In this document: piece after piece, positions 1 to 7,716 of the stretch
Position numbering within the stretch: the first letter of the stretch is position 1
Layout of the letters: each line of letters opens with the position of its first letter
From: an uncultured Thermococci archaeon
Lineage (GTDB): Archaea; CAYQAE01; CAYVLA01
Assembly (NCBI GenBank): GCA_964549615.1
Contig: CAZJVP010000006.1
Span: forward strand, 1 to 14,265
Length of the DNA: 14,265 nt
Reading direction: 5' to 3'
Translations under genes and position numbers: made by a program
Notes under the pieces: model-generated
What the model was told of the DNA's origin: nothing
Database searches by the model: none
What the model saw: only the letters and a program-made list of their open reading frames with translations

Positions 1-374
1 TCGTCCGGATACGTCCTGTCCGAGATATTGTTGCTCTCGTTCACCTCGCCGATCTCCTCTTCGGCAGCCGATAGCTCCCCGTACCTGCCCACGTTCAGCC
101 TGATGCTTCCCCTGAAGAGCGAAGTGTAACCGTTCTTGAGCAAGTAGGTGGAGCCTTCCTCCACCTTCGAGATGTTCTCGTCCCAAAGGGCCATGTACAC
201 CGAGCCGGTGTCATCGCCGACGAGGATATCGGCCACAGTGTGATCCGATCCGTCCCTCGAGTGGACTTCCCTTACGTCGCCAGCCTTCAGAACCTTGAAA
301 AGGACGTTCACGCTCCTTGACCTCGGTCCGAGATCCGCTATCTTCACCGGCGCTGCTGCTCCTGCCTCCTCCAA
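1..374 (-). CDS. ssb: Single-stranded DNA-binding protein, single OB-fold (archaeal SSB/RPA type); 3' end runs off the window
   Basis: Not in the ORF track; translated by hand from TTG at 374: MEEAGAAAPVKIADLGPRSRSVNVLFKVLKAGDVREVHSRDGSDHTVADILVGDDTGSVYMALWDENISKVEEGSTYLLKNGYTSLFRGSIRLNVGRYGEL... The KIxDL...VNV, VGDDTG-x5-LWD and NGY...L-x-VGRYG patterns are typical of archaeal OB-fold SSB. SD GGAGGTGA lies just upstream. Confidence 0.9.
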   Translation of the reverse strand, partial: MEEAGAAAPVKIADLGPRSRSVNVLFKVLKAGDVREVHSRDGSDHTVADILVGDDTGSVYMALWDENISKVEEGSTYLLKNGYTSLFRGSIRLNVGRYGELSAAEEEIGEVNESNNISDRTYPD

Positions 375-378
375 CGCG

Positions 379-386
379 TCACCTCC
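379..386 (-). promoter_or_regulatory. Shine-Dalgarno site of ssb
   Basis: + strand TCACCTCC reads GGAGGTGA on the - strand, 4 nt before the TTG start. Confidence 0.8.
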
Positions 387-401
387 TACAACTTTGACTA
401 A

Positions 402-650
402 GGCTCGCCACCGAAAGTTACCGCAAGCCCCAAAGGTCGAGTTGGCAATGCTGGAGCATACAGGGACGCGCGATCAAACTTCACACCGCCTTGAGAGGGC
501 GGTGATGCGCTTGAGATACGCCCGTTATGCCCAGCAGACCAGGGGTTCTGCTCCGTCGAAGACCCATCAAACATACTTGCTTCCGCCTGTCCGCGCGGGA
601 AAAGCTTGACGGAACGTGCTCCGACTCAACCCCGACAAGCGAACCATTCC
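402..650 (-). ncRNA. Putative structured 5' leader or ncRNA upstream of ssb
   Basis: Hand-folded helices on the - strand: 632-621 with 445-434, 614-608 with 587-581, a long irregular hairpin at 535-450, and 429-423 with 408-402. Most contain G-U pairs that would be A-C mismatches on the + strand. Confidence 0.45.
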
Positions 651-671
651 TATAGCCTTGCTCCTGCCCGG

Positions 672-680
672 TTTAAAAAA
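672..680 (-). promoter_or_regulatory. TATA-box candidate for the ssb transcript; may double as the U-tract terminator of the upstream FN3 gene
   Basis: - strand TTTTTTAAA, preceded by GGAATAC, is the most AT-rich run in the 426-bp intergenic region. Confidence 0.5.
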
Positions 681-800
681 GTATTCCGTGCCTGCCGCTG
701 CACCGTTTACTCGCCACCTCTACCTTAGTGCGCCGAACTCAGCAAATCGCGACGACCGACCCGCATGGCTCACGGCAAGGTCTCCGGCGAACCGGCATGT

Positions 801-1508
801 TCATGCCCTCTTCCGCCGGAGCATCTTCAAGCCCATCCGGACCGATATGCCTACGATGATGACCAGCACAGCAATCCCTGCAAGCACCTTGATCCGCCAC
901 ATCAATACCGGAGCCCATGGGCGGATCGTGGCCTCCACGTAGGAGGGTTTGCTCTGGCCGGCATCGTTCTTGGCAAAAATCTTGAAGACGATCTCATCGC
1001 CCTTCGCGAAGCCGGCAAGTTCGGCCTTAACGATCCTTCTGCCGGTCTGGTTCACGTAGGTGGCTCCTGCATAGGTTGTCTCGCCCTTCCTTGCGTTCCA
1101 GATTGCGAAGCGAGTGATCCGCATGTATTCGGGGCCGTTTCTCCACCGAAGGATCACCGTGTAGTTGCCGTCGCCAGATTTCTTGATCCTCTCTACCCGG
1201 AACCCGGTAGGAGCTGCGGGAACGGCGAAGTTCGTCAGCCAAGTGATGTTGTTCTGCATCTTCGCCAGCTTGTGCTCCAGCTCGTCCACACGGTCGTAGA
1301 GCGTCGCGCTTCTCTTGAGGACGACGTCCAGCTGTCTCTTAGCTAGCGTGAAGTTCTCCTCCAGCGAAGCGAGCCTCTCCTCCAACGCAGCGATCCTCTG
1401 TTCAACCGAGAGGTTAGCGCTGCTCGCGTTTGCCTCAAGGCCCGTGCACGAGCCCAGAATCACGTGGATCGAGCAGAGTGCCAAAATCCAGATAAAGCGC
1501 CTTGACAT
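801..1508 (-). CDS. Membrane-anchored surface protein: signal peptide, coiled coil, fibronectin type III-like domain, C-terminal TM helix
   Basis: MSRRFIWILALCSIHVILGSC signal-like N-terminus. Heptad region VEQRIAALEERLASLEE...VDELEHKLAKMQNN. FN3 hallmarks PAAPTGFRV...VILRW...FKIFAKNDAGQSKPS. TM segment VLAGIAVLVIIVGISV followed by basic tail RRKRA. Confidence 0.8.
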   Translation of the reverse strand: MSRRFIWILALCSIHVILGSCTGLEANASSANLSVEQRIAALEERLASLEENFTLAKRQLDVVLKRSATLYDRVDELEHKLAKMQNNITWLTNFAVPAAPTGFRVERIKKSGDGNYTVILRWRNGPEYMRITRFAIWNARKGETTYAGATYVNQTGRRIVKAELAGFAKGDEIVFKIFAKNDAGQSKPSYVEATIRPWAPVLMWRIKVLAGIAVLVIIVGISVRMGLKMLRRKRA

Positions 1509-1538
1509 GGATAGACCCGGCCGAAGATTGGCCGCGAC

Positions 1539-1547
1539 ATTAAATTA
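1539..1547. promoter_or_regulatory. AT-rich box between divergent genes (candidate TATA for one or both)
   Basis: ATTAAATTA sits in a 71-bp GC-rich spacer, about 30 nt from the ATG at 1508 (-) and the GTG at 1580 (+). Confidence 0.45.
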
Positions 1548-1579
1548 CTTTCCCCGGTATTCACCCCTCGGAATCCGTC

Positions 1580-1855
1580 GTGAAATCCCGAGTCCACGTG
1601 ATCGTTGCCGGGAGGGTTCAGGGAGTCTCGTTCCGATACTTCACCCGGGAGAAGGCCATTTCGCTGGGCCTCAAGGGCTGGGTTCGCAACCTGAGGGATG
1701 GACGAGTGGAGTGCGAGTTCGAGGGCGACAGGGACGCGCTCGAAAGGATGCTCGATTTCTGCCGCGAAGGGCCTAGGTGGGCCAAGGTCACGAAGGTGGA
1801 AGTCGAGTGGCTACAGTTCACGGGGCAATACCCGGACTTCCGGATCCTGGTCTAG
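1580..1855 (+). CDS. acyP: Acylphosphatase
   Basis: 91 aa with the signature GRVQGVSFR, plus GWVRNLRDGRVE and GPRWAKV. Confidence 0.95.
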   Translation: MKSRVHVIVAGRVQGVSFRYFTREKAISLGLKGWVRNLRDGRVECEFEGDRDALERMLDFCREGPRWAKVTKVEVEWLQFTGQYPDFRILV

Positions 1856-1950
1856 TTCCAACTCGTCACAAGCTTCACGTCAAACTCACTGAGCGTGCCG
1901 AACTCCCCGAGGGTTAGCTCCGGGCTGGGCGACCTCTGCACCCTCCCCCA

Positions 1951-1965
1951 GGAAACCGTTTTATT
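1951..1965 (+). promoter_or_regulatory. BRE/TATA candidate for the glycoside hydrolase-like gene
   Basis: GGAAAC-cg-TTTTATT about 40 nt before ATG 2005. Confidence 0.4.
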
Positions 1966-2004
1966 CCGCCGTCTCCGGTGCGCTTTCGGTGTTCATCTTT
2001 GACG

Positions 2005-4098
2005 ATGACCGAACCCGGAGACCGAGATCCGACTTGGACAACGGACGTGCCCTTCACCTACAACATCGACTACTCGCCGGACCACGTCGGCAGCCAATCC
2101 TACATCAAGATGATCGCCGAGGCCCCGCCGGTCCTTCTCCACGTTGGACACGACGTGCCGTTCAAGAGCATGTACGGTCCGGCCGATCAGTTTGACTGCT
2201 TTGGCCGGAGAATACTGAGCCCAAAGGAAGCACAGGAAAGAATCGATGTACTGAAGGACTATGTCGCCCAGCTTCACAAGGCTGGCGTTAGGCTCCTCAT
2301 ACCCTACGTCTGCTCCATGTTCATCTTCGGGGACGCCAAGAAGCGCACGGGCTTCTGGGAGTTCTATGACAACTGGGAGAAGTACAAGGAGTTCGGCTTC
2401 GGGTCCAAGCCCAAGCGTGACCCACTAACATGGTGCTACGACAAGCCGCGGCCCCTGAACGCCAAGGACTATGACGCTGGCTACGTTTATGAGCCGTGCA
2501 TGAACGATCCCGACTGGCGCAGGTTCCTCAGGGCCACGGTGGCACAGATCGCCAAGGTTGGATACGACGGAGTCTTTTCTGATGTGAACTCGACGCGGTG
2601 CTCCAAGGCCTGCTGCAGACAGCTATTCAGTGACTACCTCCAGTCGCGGTACACCTGGGACGAGATCAAGAGACTGTTCGGATTCAACTCGCCCAGGGAT
2701 GTGCGCATGGGACGCGAGGGAGAAGGGTTGCTCTGGGTGGAGACCGTGAGGTTCCGTGGGGAGAGGGCGGCAAACCTCTTCGCAGAACTCAGAAACGAGG
2801 GAAGGAAGTTCCGCGACGCGTTCTTCGTGTTGCCCAACCTAAGCCCCTTCCAGCACGTTGATGGGGTGTGGCGGCGGGTGGGCAACTCCCACGTATTCGC
2901 AAGTTGGGCCAGGGAGTGTCCTGTGATAATGTTCGAGGAGATGCACCAACCGGGACTACTCGCGGAGGGCGTCGTATCCAACTTCATCTTCCAGTACAAG
3001 TATGCCTTCGCCCACACGGCGAGGGCGGGGACCCTCCTGTACCACGCGCAGGATCCGTCCGGCGTTCACATCGGAATTGCCGAGGCAGCAGCTGGCGGAG
3101 GAGGCGCGCTGATTCAGGGAGGCTATGCTTCCCCAGAGGTGAGGCGAAAGTTCCGGACCTTCTTCCACCGACACCCCGAGCTATTCGCGGACATGCTTCC
3201 GTACTCCTTCGTCGGCCTGGTCTTCCTCTATGAGCAACTTGCATGGGGAACGAGGTCCCACCTAGAGAACACCCTCAGGATCGCAGAGGAATTCATGGCC
3301 AAGCACGTGCTCTTCGACCTCATCGTTGAGAGGAACCTGCGGTTGACCGACCTAACGCGCTACAGGGCCGTCGTCGCGTGTGACGTGGAGAACCTGTCGG
3401 ATGTACAAGCCAGTGCCTTGCTGGAGTATGCGAGGCAGGGGGGCACCCTCGTCTCCATCGGACAGCTTGGGAAGTTTGATGACAGAGGCGCGCAGAGACC
3501 CAAGTCCGTCCCAGACGAGATTCCACCCTCGGCCTGGAGAGAGGTCTGCCCCGGGGTACATCAGGCGGAATGCGGCAAGGGCAGATGCATCAGGTCGCCG
3601 GACCTGGGCCACCTCCTTGAGCCTGCGTACTTTGAGCTCTTCATGCACACTGAGGAGGAGGTCAACGACATCAACAAGGTTTTCGAGCTGATAGGGAAAG
3701 CCAGGAATCGCCCCCACCGAGATCGCAATAGGATGTTGGTCCCCGTGGTACGCGAGGCCGCCGGGGAGGTCACCATCTCCGATTGCGAGGAAACGCTGAG
3801 GTTCAACGCCTACACGCGACTGGATGACGACGTGGCGTCGCTGACCTTGCACGCCGTGAACTACAACCTCCCGATCCGGGCAAGAGGACAATCCGGTCCA
3901 GTCGTGCCGGCCAAGCACGTCAGAATCCGACTCCCGCTCCCGAGCGGGTGGAGGGCCCGAGAGGTCCGACTCTACAGGCCCCCGGATGATGAAGCCGTCG
4001 AAATTCCCTTCAGGCAGAGAGCGGGGATCATGTCTCTCGAGATCCCAAAGGCGGACATATATTCCCTGGTGCAGGTCCTCGCGAAGTCCAGCCCATAG
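2005..4098 (+). CDS. Uncharacterised glycoside hydrolase-like protein (TIM barrel, GH42-type trimerisation/class I GATase-like domain, C-terminal beta domain)
   Basis: PCMNDPDWRRFL...GYDGVFSD, Cys cluster CSKACC followed by F-x-x-YL...Y, and a middle domain LTRYRAVVACDVENLSD...LLEYARQGGTLVSIG. No signal peptide. ATG 2005 preferred over GTG 1978, but the start is uncertain. Confidence 0.7.
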   Translation: MTEPGDRDPTWTTDVPFTYNIDYSPDHVGSQSYIKMIAEAPPVLLHVGHDVPFKSMYGPADQFDCFGRRILSPKEAQERIDVLKDYVAQLHKAGVRLLIPYVCSMFIFGDAKKRTGFWEFYDNWEKYKEFGFGSKPKRDPLTWCYDKPRPLNAKDYDAGYVYEPCMNDPDWRRFLRATVAQIAKVGYDGVFSDVNSTRCSKACCRQLFSDYLQSRYTWDEIKRLFGFNSPRDVRMGREGEGLLWVETVRFRGERAANLFAELRNEGRKFRDAFFVLPNLSPFQHVDGVWRRVGNSHVFASWARECPVIMFEEMHQPGLLAEGVVSNFIFQYKYAFAHTARAGTLLYHAQDPSGVHIGIAEAAAGGGGALIQGGYASPEVRRKFRTFFHRHPELFADMLPYSFVGLVFLYEQLAWGTRSHLENTLRIAEEFMAKHVLFDLIVERNLRLTDLTRYRAVVACDVENLSDVQASALLEYARQGGTLVSIGQLGKFDDRGAQRPKSVPDEIPPSAWREVCPGVHQAECGKGRCIRSPDLGHLLEPAYFELFMHTEEEVNDINKVFELIGKARNRPHRDRNRMLVPVVREAAGEVTISDCEETLRFNAYTRLDDDVASLTLHAVNYNLPIRARGQSGPVVPAKHVRIRLPLPSGWRAREVRLYRPPDDEAVEIPFRQRAGIMSLEIPKADIYSLVQVLAKSSP

Positions 4099-4173
4099 CA
4101 GATCTCCAACATTCCGTGCGCGCAGACGGGTCAGGGTTCCAAGCCAACCGGAAAGAGATATCTTCGACCAAAC

Positions 4174-4710
4174 ATGGCGGATCGGAGATTGGTACCGCTC
4201 AGAATAAGACGGGATACGAAGGACGGATACCACAGGCTGCTGGATGTATTCGAAGGGTTCGAGGATTGCCCAGCCATAGACATGGTCTTGAAAGGAAAGA
4301 GGGAGATCCTCAGGGATGCTCGGGTGAGAATCGGGCCCTCGCCCCAGTACATGAGGGTACTGGAGGAGGATGGCTGCATCAGCATTGGGCGGGACTACCT
4401 CAGACACGGCGACCCGGTTCACATCTATCTGGACCTCATCCACGAACTCACGCACGTGAGACAGCACAGGGAAGGCCTGCCCCTCTATGACGAGCGGCAC
4501 CGTTACATCGACCGGCCGACCGAGATCGAAGCGATGAACATGACCGTGGCAGAGGCAAGACGCCTCGGGCTCAGCGAGGAGGAACTTGGAAGGTACCTGG
4601 GCGTGCCGTGGATAGGAGAGGATGAGTACGCTGAGCTGCTCGAGAAGCTGGGCGTGCGTTGGCATCCCCGAGGCGAGAAAGGCGACACCACCAAGAAAGA
4701 GGTGCGGTGA
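4174..4710 (+). CDS. Putative zinc metallopeptidase (gluzincin-like), function unknown
   Basis: LIHELTHVRQ (HExxH) with EIEA 22 residues after the second His. Start could instead be TTG 4189. Confidence 0.7.
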   Translation: MADRRLVPLRIRRDTKDGYHRLLDVFEGFEDCPAIDMVLKGKREILRDARVRIGPSPQYMRVLEEDGCISIGRDYLRHGDPVHIYLDLIHELTHVRQHREGLPLYDERHRYIDRPTEIEAMNMTVAEARRLGLSEEELGRYLGVPWIGEDEYAELLEKLGVRWHPRGEKGDTTKKEVR

Positions 4711-4820
4711 ACGCCCAACTCCCAAGCCTTCCCTGCGCGTCGAGCCTTCATTCGACCATGGGGCAAACCAGCGAAAGAAGCCAGCAATGGAATGACCAGC
4801 CGATCGCCGGGGTGCACCGC

Positions 4821-5213
4821 ATGAGCCTTGCATCATCCCTGCTGAAAATGTCCGGGAGCCTCAAGCGCAACCTCCAGGCACTGTACCTGGCGTACAGGGA
4901 CCCCAGGGTTCCTGTGCGCGCCAAGGTGCTGATCGCTGCGCTGATGGCGTATGCAGCAAGCCCAGTAGACCTCATCCCGGATTTCATCCCCGTCTTAGGG
5001 TACCTCGACGATCTGATACTTCTGCCCATCGGAGTCTCGCTAGCGATCAAGATGATCCCTAAGGATGTCCTGTCCGAGTATATGGACCGGGCGCGCACAC
5101 AAGGCACGGAAATCAAGCGCAAGAACTGGCCGGTAGCTTTCCTCATCATCCTCCTCTGGGCGATCACGATCGTATTCGTCGCAAGGGGCGTTTGGCAACA
5201 TTTCTTCGGTTGA
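4821..5213 (+). CDS. YkvA/DUF1232 family membrane protein
   Basis: Signature DPRVPVRAK...YAASPVDLIPDFIPVLGYLDD. GGGGTG SD at 4809-4814 supports ATG 4821 rather than the longer ORF from 4659. Confidence 0.88.
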   Translation: MSLASSLLKMSGSLKRNLQALYLAYRDPRVPVRAKVLIAALMAYAASPVDLIPDFIPVLGYLDDLILLPIGVSLAIKMIPKDVLSEYMDRARTQGTEIKRKNWPVAFLIILLWAITIVFVARGVWQHFFG

Positions 5214-5284
5214 GTTTGCGCTCGGGGTCCGCGCGGCGATCACGGGTCGCGATGGCTCGCAAGATTCTTATGCTACCTGCGGCC

Positions 5285-6337
5285 ATGGAGCCGCGAACTG
5301 CCGTGTCAAGGATCGTTGGCATTTACGGGCTGGGTTCCATCGGCTCGGCGATTGCCAACTCATTGGGAACCCGCGGAATTGAGATGGCCTTTGCCGTTGA
5401 CAATGACCCAAATAAGGTTGGCAAGGAACTTGGGAGCGTGGGCGGCCCCAAAGGGACGGGCCTGGTTGTCTCAGAGACGCTCGACCCCGATGCCGCGAGG
5501 TCTTGCGACGTGGTCCTCCACTCCACTGGCTCAAGACTTGCCCAGGTCTTCCCCCAGATCGCCGAACTGCTCGAATGCGGATGCAACATAATCTCGACCT
5601 GCGAGGAGCTGTCCTACCCCTATCTGAAACATCCTGACCTGGCCCGCAAGATCGACTCGATGGCCCGCGACCGCCGCGCAACCGTCCTCGGAACGGGGGT
5701 GAACCCCGGGTTCCTGCTGGATGCCCTGCCTGCTTTCATCTGCAAGGCCTGCGCATCGGTGGAGTCAATCGAGGTATCTAGGATCGTGGAAGCGTCCTCG
5801 CGCAGGGAGCCCCTCCAGAGAAAGATCGGACTCGGAATGGACCCGCGCACGTTCGAGGAGAAGGCAAGACAGGGGCTTATCGGCCACATCGGTTTGTTCG
5901 AGTCCTGCGGGCTCGTCGCTGAGGCGGTGGGCTGGGAACTGTCCGAGCTTCGACAGGAGATCAGCCCGGTTCTTGCGGATGGGGAGATGGAGACGTCCCA
6001 CTTCAGAATTGGGGCGGGCCAGGTCAGAGGCATAAGGCAGGAAGCCGTGGGAATCGCGGACGGCGGAAGGATCAAGCTCTTCCTTGAGATGGCCGTCCAA
6101 GCTGGAAATCCCGCCGACTCTTTACTCATTCGGGGCGACCCGCCGATCAGCCTGACCATACCCGGAGGCGTAAACGGGGATCGGGCAACGGTGGCCCGCG
6201 TCATCAACAACATCGAAGAGGTGGCCGCTGCGCCGAGCGGCCTAGCCACCGTCCTTTCGCTGCCGCTCCATTCACGCAAACCGGGCCTCACCCGGCAAAG
6301 GTCTCCAAGGCTGATCGGCAGCGCAAGACTGCTTTAG
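5285..6337 (+). CDS. NAD(P)-dependent 2,4-diaminopentanoate dehydrogenase (Ord)/native amine dehydrogenase-like protein (DapB-like N-terminal fold)
   Basis: Rossmann motif GIYGLGSIG, KVGKELG, IISTCEELSYP, GTGVNPGF, KIGLG, GHIGL-x-ES and GGVNGDRAT...N. Start uncertain (ATG 5285 or GTG 5303). Confidence 0.8.
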   Translation: MEPRTAVSRIVGIYGLGSIGSAIANSLGTRGIEMAFAVDNDPNKVGKELGSVGGPKGTGLVVSETLDPDAARSCDVVLHSTGSRLAQVFPQIAELLECGCNIISTCEELSYPYLKHPDLARKIDSMARDRRATVLGTGVNPGFLLDALPAFICKACASVESIEVSRIVEASSRREPLQRKIGLGMDPRTFEEKARQGLIGHIGLFESCGLVAEAVGWELSELRQEISPVLADGEMETSHFRIGAGQVRGIRQEAVGIADGGRIKLFLEMAVQAGNPADSLLIRGDPPISLTIPGGVNGDRATVARVINNIEEVAAAPSGLATVLSLPLHSRKPGLTRQRSPRLIGSARLL

Positions 6338-6353
6338 AGAGGTGAATGGTAAC

Positions 6354-7709
6354 TTGAGAAGAGAGAATGGTCTCGCGGAGGTCGATGAATACACCCGCCG
6401 AACCCGACGGTCGGCGCGGCTTTTCGCTCGGGCAAGGGAACTCATCCCGGGAGGCGTCTGCCACTCGATCAGGTACTTTCCACCGTATCCCTTCTACGCC
6501 AAGAGAGCGAAGGGCTCCAGGATCTGGGATGTGGACGGCAACGAGTACGTCGATTTCTGGATGGGGCACGGCGCCCTGATCCTGGGCCACACGCCGCAAC
6601 GCGTCCTTGAGGCCATCCGGGATCAAGTCATGCTGGGATGCCAATGGGGAATCGTCAACGAGCTAGAGGTCGAACTTGCGGAGCTCGTCACCAAGCTCGT
6701 CCCCTGCGCGGAGATGGTCAGATTCTGCAACACCGGCGCAGAGGCGACCATGTACGCCTGCCGCCTCGCACGCGGCTTCACGGGCAGGACAAAGGTGGCA
6801 AAGATCGAGGGCGGGTGGCACGGCTACAACAGCGATCTTCTGGCCTTCGTCCACGACCCTCTGGAAGTAAGCGAGTCCCTTGGCCTTCAAGACGAGGCGC
6901 GCTCGGCCATCGTTTCACTTCCGTTCAACGACGTGGAGGGGAGCCTCACAAGGGTGCGGGAGAATGCGGGGGACCTCGCAGCAATCATCGTCGAGCCGGT
7001 CCTAGGCTCGGGCGGCTTCATCCCCGCCGATGTCGATTACCTGCGAGCCCTCAGGGAGGCGGCCGATGAAGCCGGGTGTCTTCTGATCTTCGACGAGGTG
7101 ATCACAGGCTTCAGGCTCTCGCCTGGCGGCGGGCAGGAATACTTCGGGGTGGCCCCAGATCTGGCGACTCTCGGCAAGATCCTGGGAGGCGGGATGCCCA
7201 TCGGGGCGGTCGTCGGACGAGAGGAGGTGATGCGGATCTCAGACTCCACCAAGCTTCCGAAGGGCAAGGCAGTGAGCATCGGCGGCGGAACCTTCTCGTG
7301 TAACCCGATCAGCATGAGGGCCGGGCTCGAGACGCTCCGCTACCTCTCATCCCATACGGGTCTGTATCGCCGCGTTGGGGACCTGGGCAAGAGGGCGAGG
7401 CGATACATCGAAGCCAACCTGTCCGTCGACAAAAGATATGTGAGCTGCACGGGCATCGAGTCCCTCTTCAGAACGCACTTCACATTCGAGGAGGATGTAA
7501 GCCTCAGATCCGCCAGGGACGTATTCGAGAAGACCGACAAGGATCTGCACAACTGGTTCAAGATCGCCATGGCGAACCGGGGCATCTTCTTTGTCGCGGG
7601 AGAGGGAAGGACCTCGACCGCGCACACCGCCGCCGATCTGAAACTGCTCAAGGAGGCATGTCAGGATGCCAGCTCAGGACAGGATCCGGGTTCCGGGTGG
7701 CTAGGTTAG
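6354..7709 (+). CDS. PLP-dependent class III aminotransferase, glutamate-1-semialdehyde aminomutase-like
   Basis: IPGGV, IWDVDGNEYVDF, IIVEPV, LIFDEVITGFR, ATLGKILGGGMPIG (PLP lysine) and GGTFSCNP. SD GAGGTGA at 6339-6345 supports TTG 6354. Confidence 0.9.
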   Translation: MRRENGLAEVDEYTRRTRRSARLFARARELIPGGVCHSIRYFPPYPFYAKRAKGSRIWDVDGNEYVDFWMGHGALILGHTPQRVLEAIRDQVMLGCQWGIVNELEVELAELVTKLVPCAEMVRFCNTGAEATMYACRLARGFTGRTKVAKIEGGWHGYNSDLLAFVHDPLEVSESLGLQDEARSAIVSLPFNDVEGSLTRVRENAGDLAAIIVEPVLGSGGFIPADVDYLRALREAADEAGCLLIFDEVITGFRLSPGGGQEYFGVAPDLATLGKILGGGMPIGAVVGREEVMRISDSTKLPKGKAVSIGGGTFSCNPISMRAGLETLRYLSSHTGLYRRVGDLGKRARRYIEANLSVDKRYVSCTGIESLFRTHFTFEEDVSLRSARDVFEKTDKDLHNWFKIAMANRGIFFVAGEGRTSTAHTAADLKLLKEACQDASSGQDPGSGWLG

Positions 7710-7716
7710 AAGGTCC

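Noticed and set aside
490-516. Direct repeat CTTGAGA x2 as an operator or CRISPR-like repeat
   Set aside because: Only two 7-mers, compatible with chance. No array or long repeat was seen anywhere in the window.
575-592. - strand CAGGCGGAAGCAAG resembling SRP RNA helix 8
   Set aside because: It lacks the proper CAGG-stem-GNRA-stem-AGCA geometry and I saw no Alu or helix 6 architecture, so I did not call SRP RNA.
295-1346. + strand ORFs 295-609, 616-942 and 765-1346
   Set aside because: They overlap ssb, its leader or the FN3 gene on the opposite strand, and have no motifs.
4699-4820. Alternative YkvA start at GTG 4707 overlapping the upstream TGA, with GAGGTG nearby
   Set aside because: SD spacing is only 2 nt and the 38-aa extension is not protein-like. 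ATG 4821 has a better-spaced SD. Not fully excluded.
3352-4836. 494-aa antisense ORF
   Set aside because: It lies opposite the GH-like and HExxH genes and has no recognisable motifs. Long shadow ORFs are expected in GC-rich coding DNA.
6354-7709. Calling the aminotransferase hemL
   Set aside because: HemL-specific motifs are altered and there is no tetrapyrrole gene context.
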